Virus record (IMG/VR): IMGVR_UViG_3300045988_141143 | Strand: one strand, 5' to 3' | DNA length: 64,000 bases | Source: a virus | In this document: positions 25,025-32,490 of the stretch, piece by piece | Numbering within the stretch: the stretch's first letter is position 1 | Layout of the letters: every line of letters begins with the position of its first letter | Translations under genes and position numbers: made by a program | Notes under the pieces: model-generated | What the model was told of the DNA's origin: nothing | Seen by the model: the letters and a program-made list of their open reading frames with translations, nothing else | The model's database searches: none

Positions 25025-25795
25025 TCAGAACAGCGTGAGCTGTGCTTGCTCCAACTTGATGCGCTTGCAAGCCTTGTCGTAATACTCCTTGTTGAGCTCA
25101 AAGCCGATGAAGTTGCGCTTCTCTTTTATACAAGCAATGGCGGTGGTGCCGCTGCCCATGCAGTTGTCTAATATGGTGTCGCCCTCGTTGGAGTAAGTAC
25201 GGATGAGGTACTGGATGAGAGCGACAGGCTTTTGAGTGGGGTGGAAGCTGTTGTGAATATCCCTCTGAAATAAGACAATATCGGTTGGATATTTTTCGTC
25301 GGTTATCATATCCTTCACTTTGCCATAATTTCCGTAACATCTGTTGGTTTGCTCTTTCTCTTGCTTTCCTCTGCTGTGATTGCGTTCATGTGGAAGACAT
25401 TTGCGCATTTGTGGATGATAGGTTGGCTGTCCGTCGTAGAAAACGGAAATCATCTCCGTTTGCTTTAGAGGCATCTTCTTTGTGTTCAAAAAGCCAGTTG
25501 TACGGCATTTATCCCACGTGATATTATAGCGCCACATCTTTTCATTGCTCATCATCAGTTTTGCCGTGAACATACCCTGTCCGAACAATATTATAGCCGC
25601 ATTGGGCTTACTGATACGAAGATATTGCTTCCATAAAGAATCAAGTGGAATAATACTATCCCATCCTCCTCCTTCGCTCTGCTTATTGAGGACACCATAC
25701 GGCAAATCGCACACAATGCAATCCACGCTTCCGTCTGGAATCCTTTTCATTCCTTCGAGGCAGTCTTCATTATATATTTTGTTCAGTTCTATCAT
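25025..25795 (-). CDS. DNA methyltransferase, beta-class N6-adenine/N4-cytosine type
   Basis: Motif IV-like CDLPYG near the N-terminus. The AdoMet motif DNCMGSGTTAIAC near the C-terminus gives the beta-class order. Confidence 0.8.
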   Translation of the reverse strand: MIELNKIYNEDCLEGMKRIPDGSVDCIVCDLPYGVLNKQSEGGGWDSIIPLDSLWKQYLRISKPNAAIILFGQGMFTAKLMMSNEKMWRYNITWDKCRTTGFLNTKKMPLKQTEMISVFYDGQPTYHPQMRKCLPHERNHSRGKQEKEQTNRCYGNYGKVKDMITDEKYPTDIVLFQRDIHNSFHPTQKPVALIQYLIRTYSNEGDTILDNCMGSGTTAIACIKEKRNFIGFELNKEYYDKACKRIKLEQAQLTLF

Positions 25796-25802
25796 TGTCT
25801 TT

Positions 25803-26837
25803 TTACTTTTTCCTTATCTTTTCCATTTCCTCATTCTCCACCGTCAGGCGTTCCAGGTGCTCCAGCACGAGGGAATAGCTTTGGTTGTTCACCTGGTCCT
25901 CCGTCAGTCCGGCATACTTCTGCATGGTGGCGGTGGTGGCAGTGTAAATCTCCAAGGGCGTGGTGGGCTTCTGCGACTTGAGGGGCTGCACCTTGAACAC
26001 ATGACGATAACGATGAGCGAGGGTGTGCATCACGCCCGTCCACCAAAAGAGTATCACCTGCCATGCCGTTTCGGGAAAATCGCGGAAATAGGACTGGTTC
26101 GTCTCCCACTGGTTCAACTCGTAGTGGAAGTCGTGCTTCACCATGCCCGTGTTACTGTCCACATAGTCGGTCGTGCCGTTGAAGATGGTGGCGAGAAACA
26201 TCGTCCGGGCAGAACTCACGTTCTCCATCTGCCGCTGCATCTGCTCGTCGGTGAAAGTGCCGCGCTGCTGCATCTTCAAGAGGCTGTTGCTAAGTCGGGT
26301 GTAGGTCTGCATCATGTCGGAGGCGAAGCGATACTGCGCCCACGAGAATCCGTCGAGGTCGTTGGCAGGACCGCTGAACACCTTCTTGCGTCGCCACCAC
26401 GCGCGGCGTCGCCGGATGACAGGGTAGGGAAAACGGGTGAGGAAAGCACCGTTCTCGTTATCAAGCCAGTCGAGCAAGCCTGCTCCCTGAGCGATATACT
26501 CTGCCGACTTTCGGGCGTCGGTCTTTGCCTTGGGCGTCAGCCAATAGTTGATTTGCCACAGATACAGCGGAAAGGTGCCGCTGTCCTCGTCGTCCTGCAT
26601 ACGGCAGAGGTAATACTGCTCGCTGAGGTCGAGGCGAGTGTCGGGCGCTGCCACTATCTCCAAGCCCGACAGGGCAAAGAAGATCGCCACCTTCACATTG
26701 CGCATGTCGAAGGGGTGGTATCTGTCCTGCCGTTCCACCTGCTCACGTATCACGTCGGCTATCAGCTCCAACTGTTTCGTAGAGCAGAGGTTCCAGTGGC
26801 GGGGAAGATGTAAGTCTATTTTTTTTGGATTGTTCAT
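25803..26837 (-). CDS. Hypothetical protein (344 aa)
   Basis: Long ORF with an ATG start. The opposite-strand 422-aa ORF has aberrant composition. Confidence 0.5.
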   Translation of the reverse strand: MNNPKKIDLHLPRHWNLCSTKQLELIADVIREQVERQDRYHPFDMRNVKVAIFFALSGLEIVAAPDTRLDLSEQYYLCRMQDDEDSGTFPLYLWQINYWLTPKAKTDARKSAEYIAQGAGLLDWLDNENGAFLTRFPYPVIRRRRAWWRRKKVFSGPANDLDGFSWAQYRFASDMMQTYTRLSNSLLKMQQRGTFTDEQMQRQMENVSSARTMFLATIFNGTTDYVDSNTGMVKHDFHYELNQWETNQSYFRDFPETAWQVILFWWTGVMHTLAHRYRHVFKVQPLKSQKPTTPLEIYTATTATMQKYAGLTEDQVNNQSYSLVLEHLERLTVENEEMEKIRKK

Positions 26838-26859
26838 TTTTACAGAATCCTAAGTTTTT

Positions 26860-26976
26860 ATCCCAAAAATGCCAAAATTGGATTATTTTAGTCCAGAAAA
26901 ATCCAAAAATGGACGAATTTAATCCCAAAAATCCAAAAGCTGGACCAGATTTATCCAGAAAAATCCAAAAATGGAT
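26860..26976. repeat. Four 24-bp imperfect palindromes at exact 31-bp periodicity
   Basis: Units start at 26860, 26891, 26922 and 26953: ATCCCAAAAATGCCAAAATTGGAT / GTCCAGAAAAATCCAAAAATGGAC / ATCCCAAAAATCCAAAAGCTGGAC / ATCCAGAAAAATCCAAAAATGGAT. Spacers are 7 bp. Confidence 0.9.
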
Positions 26977-26993
26977 GGGAAAGTTATCAAAAA

Positions 26994-27548
26994 CTACCAG
27001 GTGATTTCCATTCCTCGGTTGTCGACGAGCGAGCCGTATCGGATGCCGTCGAGTCGACGAAGCCATCCGTCGAGGAACCGCCTCTGCGAAGGTTTGCTCT
27101 TCACCAACCGCTCATAGTACAACTTGCGGCGAGCCTTGAGGCGCGAGAAGAAAGTTTCGGGGTTCTGTCGGTTCAGGGCGGCGAGGGTGTTCTTGCCCAT
27201 GATGCCGTCGGCTTTCACACCCAGTAAGGCTTGGGTGAGGGTGACGGCAGGCGTACCGCTGATCCACAGCCAGTCCACAAGTAGGTTGGCGATGCTCTGG
27301 TCTTTGATTTCATCGGCACGGCATCGGCGCCAGTAGCATCGGCGCAGGATTTCCGTAGCATCAGTATCTGAGATAAGTCGGAGGTCGCGCACGTCTATCC
27401 GTCCGTCGCCGTTCTTGTCGTACCCCTGCTGCCGCCATGTGCCGATGGTCACGCCCTTGTTTGTAGCACCGCCACGGTCTTTCGGGTCGTTCACGAAACC
27501 GCCCTCAAACGAGAGAATGAATTTAGCTAAAGGTTCAATCTTTACCAT
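26994..27548 (-). CDS. Endolysin, glycoside hydrolase family 108 N-acetylmuramidase with C-terminal peptidoglycan-binding region
   Basis: N-terminal FEGGFVNDPKDRGGATNKGVT matches the GH108 signature EGGYVNxPxDxGGxTxxGIT. The rest has the typical layout. Confidence 0.8.
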   Translation of the reverse strand: MVKIEPLAKFILSFEGGFVNDPKDRGGATNKGVTIGTWRQQGYDKNGDGRIDVRDLRLISDTDATEILRRCYWRRCRADEIKDQSIANLLVDWLWISGTPAVTLTQALLGVKADGIMGKNTLAALNRQNPETFFSRLKARRKLYYERLVKSKPSQRRFLDGWLRRLDGIRYGSLVDNRGMEITW

Positions 27549-27847
27549 AGTTTATCGTTTTCTTGTTCTGTTATGTATAAATGTAGGGCAAAGATACAAA
27601 AAAGTCATCCATCGTGCGGGACAAAAATATCCCAGATACTTTGCATGGCAGACTGCGCACCGTGGTCGGCGCAGCCGGAAAACAATGGAAGCCGCAATGC
27701 TGCACTCTTCGTGGAGCAAAGCGGCTTCTGAAACGAAATATTATCCTGAAAAGGAAAGATTACCATTTTGCTGACGCCAGCAAAATGATATTCGGCTCTT
27801 TTTACCTTTTTACTTTTTTGTCTTAGAAATCAGCAAGAAAGCTCTTT

Positions 27848-28375
27848 TTACCTTTTTACCTTTTTACTTTTCAAACATGGCCTCATGTATTCCCATATTT
27901 TCGTACAGTCGAGTACATCTGTGTCCTTCCAGTCGGCATCACAGAAGTAGAACAAGTATGCGGCCTTGATAATCTCCTCTTCGCTCATCTCGGCGCAGAG
28001 GTCAGCATACATGGCATTGAAGGCTACATACTTGTCCCAACAATTCACCTTGCTTGGGAAGTCGAAGTCCTTGGTGGCTTGCTCAATCTCCGATTTAGTC
28101 CAGTGAGCGCCCCTGCCCATAGGCACACCCTCATCGTCCAACTTGCTGTAGAGAAGTCGGTCGACATCATGATGGGCAAACATCTCGCTGTAGTGGCGGT
28201 CGTAGAGCACGGCATGCTGGTGACGGATAATCTTCCAGTAAAGTTCAGGATTCTCATTCTCCACCTTCATCAGGTCGCACGACAACTGCTCCAAGGCAGC
28301 ATTGAGTTTTTTGTCTGTCATCTGTCCGTCAACACGGGCCTGGTTGATTAATTGATTGTACTTCATGATTTTCAT
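27848..28375 (-). CDS. Hypothetical protein (175 aa)
   Basis: ORF with an ATG start. Its 3' end (KSKKVKR*) is encoded by a repeated A/T-rich motif. Confidence 0.45.
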   Translation of the reverse strand: MKIMKYNQLINQARVDGQMTDKKLNAALEQLSCDLMKVENENPELYWKIIRHQHAVLYDRHYSEMFAHHDVDRLLYSKLDDEGVPMGRGAHWTKSEIEQATKDFDFPSKVNCWDKYVAFNAMYADLCAEMSEEEIIKAAYLFYFCDADWKDTDVLDCTKIWEYMRPCLKSKKVKR

Positions 28376-28522
28376 TTATTTTTTTAAGAATTAATGGTCT
28401 AACAATTGGGGCAAGCGCCACGGAAATGTGGAATGACGGGAAGCGCCGTCGCCTGTCCCGAATCGGGAAGAAAGAAAGAAACTTGCTCTAACTTTCTTTC
28501 TTTCTTATTTTCTCTTAGGTCA

Positions 28523-28852
28523 TCACTCGATGGTTCTGTCAGAGCCTCGGGCATGACCTTCACTTTCTTTTCTTTCATAATCGTATAGTCTTGTGAATAA
28601 TCTCTGCAGCCAAAGCAGCAAAAGCAAAAGCCAGTTGGAACAATAAGCTGCAAGAATGGACAACAGCGCAGCCCCGACGGGAGGACAACGCATACAAACA
28701 AGTACGGCAAGCACGCTCCAGAACGTAAGGCACTGAGGGCATGATGCTACCTTGTTCAACACCTGGGCTACGGCTTCAGCCAATCCCAGATGCTGAATGA
28801 GCGTCGCGGCCGTCAGGACTGCGAGGGTTACTAACAGGTACTCCGTCATCAT
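28523..28852 (-). CDS. Small membrane protein with several Cys (holin-like candidate)
   Basis: Three hydrophobic segments and a charged C-terminus (KESEGHARGSDRTIE). About 1 kb upstream (in the transcription direction) of the endolysin gene. Confidence 0.4.
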   Translation of the reverse strand: MMTEYLLVTLAVLTAATLIQHLGLAEAVAQVLNKVASCPQCLTFWSVLAVLVCMRCPPVGAALLSILAAYCSNWLLLLLLWLQRLFTRLYDYERKESEGHARGSDRTIE

Positions 28853-28861
28853 CGTCAGAGT

Positions 28862-29293
28862 TTAAGCGGTCGCTGTGATGGTGAGGGTGAGAGGCGCATC
28901 GCACACAAAGGTCTTACTGCAGCTGCAACAAGCCACACGGGCTATGCCGTTCTGAATCGCACCTACCGAAGCAGACACGGCTGTAATTGCTGTAGCACTG
29001 AACACGGGAATGGTGAAGTCCTGACTCACCACCTGGGAGCGGGTGCAGCACGTGCCGCAGTTGCAGGGCACGTAGTTGATGACACCCTCGGCGTGCATCA
29101 CCACGAGATACTGCGAAGTGCCTACCTTGACAATATTCTTCACCGAAAACTGGGGCACGAACACGGGTGTCTCGTCCACACAGGCAGGTGTGCAGAGCTG
29201 CTGCGTGATGTTCACATCATAATAAGGGGCAGTGGCTGTCGCACCTACTGCCAGAGTAGCCGTAATGACGGCTGGAATGGTTCTTTTGTTCAT
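28862..29293 (-). CDS. Secreted Cys-rich protein (143 aa)
   Basis: ATG at 29293 gives the signal-like MNKRTIPAVITATLAVGATATA. The mature part has 11 Cys, including CNCGTCC and ACCSCS. Confidence 0.45.
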   Translation of the reverse strand: MNKRTIPAVITATLAVGATATAPYYDVNITQQLCTPACVDETPVFVPQFSVKNIVKVGTSQYLVVMHAEGVINYVPCNCGTCCTRSQVVSQDFTIPVFSATAITAVSASVGAIQNGIARVACCSCSKTFVCDAPLTLTITATA

Positions 29294-29401
29294 AATCTTT
29301 TTCTTTTTTAATAAAGCGACGAAACTTGCCGCCGCATTCTTTTTAATTGATAAATAGTGCAGGACGTATCTCCTACTGTCAGAGAAAAGGCGAGGCACAC
29401 G

Positions 29402-29824
29402 TTAATGTTTCACCTGATAGCCTGTCGATGACTCCACAGGGAGGTTCTTCTGCAGAAGGTCTGCCAGCTCGTCGAGGTCATCCTCGTCGAAGGTGATCAT
29501 GCCCTCAAGGATAGAGAGCGACCCCTTGAAGCGCAACTGGTCCACCACGTCGTGAGCCATCTGCGGAATGCTCTCGTCGGGAATGTTACCGAAGTACTTG
29601 CATAGCATCGGCGTGACGAGCGCATTCACTATGGGCTGAATCATGGGTTCCATGTCGGCCTGCAGCGAGTAGTTGCCGCTCACCAGTCCCATGCTGCCGA
29701 TGGTGGCTTGCAACGACTGGAGCATGGGCAGACGCATCAGGTTGCTGGCAGCAATCTGCGAAATGGCTGGCCGTGCCCACTCGGACACGACCGCCGCCAA
29801 AATCTGAGAATTGGTGTAATCCAT
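29402..29824 (-). CDS. Hypothetical protein (140 aa)
   Basis: ORF with an ATG start, tightly packed in the cluster. Confidence 0.45.
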   Translation of the reverse strand: MDYTNSQILAAVVSEWARPAISQIAASNLMRLPMLQSLQATIGSMGLVSGNYSLQADMEPMIQPIVNALVTPMLCKYFGNIPDESIPQMAHDVVDQLRFKGSLSILEGMITFDEDDLDELADLLQKNLPVESSTGYQVKH

Positions 29825-29836
29825 ATCTCACGCCGA

Positions 29837-30355
29837 TTACTGGTTACAGCCACAACCACAACCGCAGCCGGTCTGGCATACGTTGGAGGAAGGGATAAAC
29901 ACCTTGGTGACACTCGCAAGAGATGCCACCTGCGACTTCAGCACGTCGATGTTGGCATTGGCAGCAGCATTGTATGCCACCTGCTGTGCGTTGATCGCCT
30001 GCTGTGCGTCCTTGTTGGCATCCACCTTGTCTTCCACACGGCGCAACTTCGTGTCGAGATACTGGGTTACCTCCACCAACTTCTTGTCGGTGTAGTTCTC
30101 GCTCTTCTGGATGGCGAGCTCAGTCTTGAGTGTAGAGTTCTCCTGAATGAGGTTGGTCTCACTCTTGGTGACAAAACGTGCATCGGGGTCGGAAGGGTTG
30201 GCAGTAGCCGGACCGCCGTTTCTCGTCATGCCCAACAGCGAAGCGCCACCGCCCAAAAGGCTGGTAGCCAATCCCGCAATACCAAGGCCAAGGGCTGTGT
30301 TACCTAAGCCTTTGCTGGCAACATCATAGTTGCCGTCATTAGTTTTTACTTGCAT
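29837..30355 (-). CDS. Gly-zipper membrane segment plus coiled-coil protein ending in a (CG)n tail
   Basis: GLGNTALGLGIAGLATSLLGGGASLLG, then heptad-like Gln/Ala/Lys-rich region, then C-terminal CQTGCGCGCGCNQ*. Confidence 0.45.
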   Translation of the reverse strand: MQVKTNDGNYDVASKGLGNTALGLGIAGLATSLLGGGASLLGMTRNGGPATANPSDPDARFVTKSETNLIQENSTLKTELAIQKSENYTDKKLVEVTQYLDTKLRRVEDKVDANKDAQQAINAQQVAYNAAANANIDVLKSQVASLASVTKVFIPSSNVCQTGCGCGCGCNQ

Positions 30356-30400
30356 AATGATTGATATTTAAAAAAATTCTTCCAATATCGGAATCATCTG

Positions 30401-30408
30401 CAAAAGTA
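30401..30408 (-). promoter_or_regulatory. Candidate -7 promoter box TACTTTTG upstream of gene 29837..30355
   Basis: TAnnTTTG match on the minus strand about 45 nt upstream of the ATG. Confidence 0.4.
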
Positions 30409-30530
30409 AAGGGAAACAGACAAAAAGAAAAGGGAAGTTTATGAAGTATTCTTACAGGAAAACCACGAAACAGAAATGCTTATGAAAACATAAACAGGCA
30501 CTATATATAAAGGTATAATAAGAATATCTT

Positions 30531-31439
30531 TTATCGCATGGCTTCCTCAAGAGTTCTAATATAAGGTATGGCTTCGTTGCGCACAATGTCGAGAAAAAGT
30601 TGTGCTGACCGCTTCATCGGCACGTCCTTCATCCAGTGGGCATTGCTCATCAGGTCGTGCTCAAGCCCAGCGATGGGACGGACGGTAAGGGTGGGGTGAC
30701 TCTTCAGATAAAGTTTAGGCATGAAAGTAACACAATGGGTTTCTTCCACGATGGCAAGGTCTTCGTTGGGGTCGCTCACAATACATTTTACATTCAGTTT
30801 CATCAAGTCGTATCTCAGATATTGCTGGAAGGTATTGAACACCCTTTCGCCTACATCGGGCATAATCACGTTGTGCCTTAACAAATCCTCGTATGACACC
30901 TTTTCCAGTCGGGCCAAAGGATGGGTGTCCCGCATCATCGCATAGATACGGAAAGGAATACAGGGTTCTGACTTGATACCCTCATTCTTGTAGGCAGAGT
31001 TCAGAGTGAAGGCGAGGTCAATGGAGTGGCTTCTCAACAGGTGGTTCAAGTTCGCTGCCTTGGCAAACTCGGCGTTGATTCTCACATTCGGGTATCGCTC
31101 CATGAAGATAAGTGCAGCCATCCGAATGTAAGGTGCGATAAAAGAGCCTACACCTATCCTCAGCTCGCCCACAAGGCAGTTGTTGAGCGCATTGATTTGC
31201 TCCTTGCAGTCATCCGTCTGCTTCAGTATCTCCTTGGCGCGAGGCAAAAGCGCCTCGCCGCTCTCGGTGAGCATGATGCTGTGCGAGGTGCGGATAAGCA
31301 GCTTGCACCTCAGTTCATCCTCAAGAGCCTTGATGTGCTGACTGATGGCGGACTGAGTGACACAACAGCGCGTGGCTGCAATGCTGAAAGATAAAGTTTC
31401 AGCGACATATACAAATGAGCGCAAATGACGAAGTTCCAT
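30531..31439 (-). CDS. LysR-family transcriptional regulator
   Basis: N-terminal wHTH MELRHLRSFVYVAETLSFSIAATRCCVTQSAISQHIKALEDEL. About 300 aa with a LysR-type substrate-binding body. Confidence 0.9.
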   Translation of the reverse strand: MELRHLRSFVYVAETLSFSIAATRCCVTQSAISQHIKALEDELRCKLLIRTSHSIMLTESGEALLPRAKEILKQTDDCKEQINALNNCLVGELRIGVGSFIAPYIRMAALIFMERYPNVRINAEFAKAANLNHLLRSHSIDLAFTLNSAYKNEGIKSEPCIPFRIYAMMRDTHPLARLEKVSYEDLLRHNVIMPDVGERVFNTFQQYLRYDLMKLNVKCIVSDPNEDLAIVEETHCVTFMPKLYLKSHPTLTVRPIAGLEHDLMSNAHWMKDVPMKRSAQLFLDIVRNEAIPYIRTLEEAMR

Positions 31440-31479
31440 AATAGTTAAATGTTAATAGACCAATAATAAATTCATGCCG

Positions 31480-31487
31480 CAAATTTA
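31480..31487 (-). promoter_or_regulatory. Candidate -7 promoter box TAAATTTG dedicated to the LysR gene
   Basis: TAnnTTTG match about 40 nt upstream of the LysR ATG and downstream of a terminator. Confidence 0.45.
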
Positions 31488-31544
31488 CACAAAATATTTA
31501 AAGATAACAGAAACCTCGCATTAAAATTGCTAATATTATAATAA

Positions 31545-31584
31545 CAAAAAACCCGGTATCATAGACTTATTAGCCAAGATACCG
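31545..31584 (-). terminator. Rho-independent terminator after the extension ORF
   Basis: Minus strand CGGTATC-N17-GATACCG stem followed by GGGTTTTTTG. Lies about 60 nt after the stop at 31643. Confidence 0.6.
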
Positions 31585-31642
31585 AGTCTTTGAAAGTATA
31601 AATTTTAAAATCGTAAATGTTATGCCTTACAATTTAGAGCGA

Positions 31643-31822
31643 TCAATCATCATCAATCAATGTACTGGCGGTGCTTGTCGGAGTTGTACTTGCGTCTGTC
31701 GGCTTCACACTTGCAGAGCTCGTCCTTCCCGCAGTCGCTCTCGCAGCCGCTTTCTTTGCTGCTGATGTTCCTGGGTCGGCGGAATCAGTCTCGCCCTTAT
31801 CAGTTCCGCCCGTTATCCCCCC
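31643..31822 (-). other. -1 frame C-terminal extension ORF of gene 31813..32379, entered at G_GGG_GGA
   Basis: The heptamer G GGG GGA (31822-31816) abuts the TAA stop. The -1 frame stays open for 57 more codons (ITGGTDKGETDSADPG...STLIDDD*). A 7-bp stem (31804-31810 / 31778-31784) starts 5 nt downstream. Confidence 0.35.
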
Positions 31823-32379
31823 ACTGCCTTGGAAGCAAGGAGTGAATCCCATCCTTCCGTTGCAGGATCGGTCACGTAGAGGTTAGGATAAAGCACACCG
31901 GACAATTTTGCCTCGTAGGTGGTTTTACGCTCGTCGCCGATTTTTGCGCCAGTGTCCGTTTTAATTCCACCATTGTCGAACTTCACCTTGATGTTAGGAT
32001 CGTACATGATCTGCGTCTTGTCGTTTCCCTTACCTGTTACAATGATGAAAATATCCAGGTTGTTGGCGGCGCGGGCAAGCTTGCCGGCGACCTCGTTCAC
32101 AGCGGCGACAGCAAAGTTAGAGGTGATCTCGAAGCCACCTTTATAACCAGCCGAAGAACCCTGAATCTGCTGTGTGTCATCGCTGGCTTCAACCTTGTAA
32201 AGTCCCTTACCGCTCTTGAAGGTAGGAGTAGAATAAGTGCTGCCGGTGAGAGTCAGTGGCGCAGCCAAATCACTCTTCAGACCGATATACACATTATTGC
32301 CCATACCTGCGATATTCTCCAAGCACTCGTTTTCGTTCAGTACATCCACGAGCTCAGGACATGTTGCTTTTTCTGCCAT
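31813..32379 (-). CDS. Virion structural protein downstream of the capsid gene (188 aa; head decoration or tail tube candidate)
   Basis: Beta-rich ORF with an ATG start, directly after the capsid candidate. Confidence 0.45.
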   Translation of the reverse strand: MAEKATCPELVDVLNENECLENIAGMGNNVYIGLKSDLAAPLTLTGSTYSTPTFKSGKGLYKVEASDDTQQIQGSSAGYKGGFEITSNFAVAAVNEVAGKLARAANNLDIFIIVTGKGNDKTQIMYDPNIKVKFDNGGIKTDTGAKIGDERKTTYEAKLSGVLYPNLYVTDPATEGWDSLLASKAVGG

Positions 32380-32490
32380 AGTCGTATCTTGTTTTAATGG
32401 TTTAATAAGAAAAGGCGGCGACCGACATTTTCCGTCAGGTCAGCCGACCGCCGCCCGTGAATTTATTATTATGAGCAGTCGTGCCGATGA

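Noticed and set aside
26860-26976. Possible CRISPR array (also considered for 24901-24957 and 50977-51145).
   Set aside because: The units are 13-24 bp with only 7-9 bp between them. There are no unique 25-40 bp spacers and no cas genes, so the periodicity fits protein-binding arrays instead.
26743-27066. 107-aa minus-strand ORF covering the 31-bp periodic repeat array.
   Set aside because: Its sequence is dictated by the repeats (FWIFLD... low complexity). It overlaps the endolysin 3' end and the next gene's start, so the array is better explained as non-coding.
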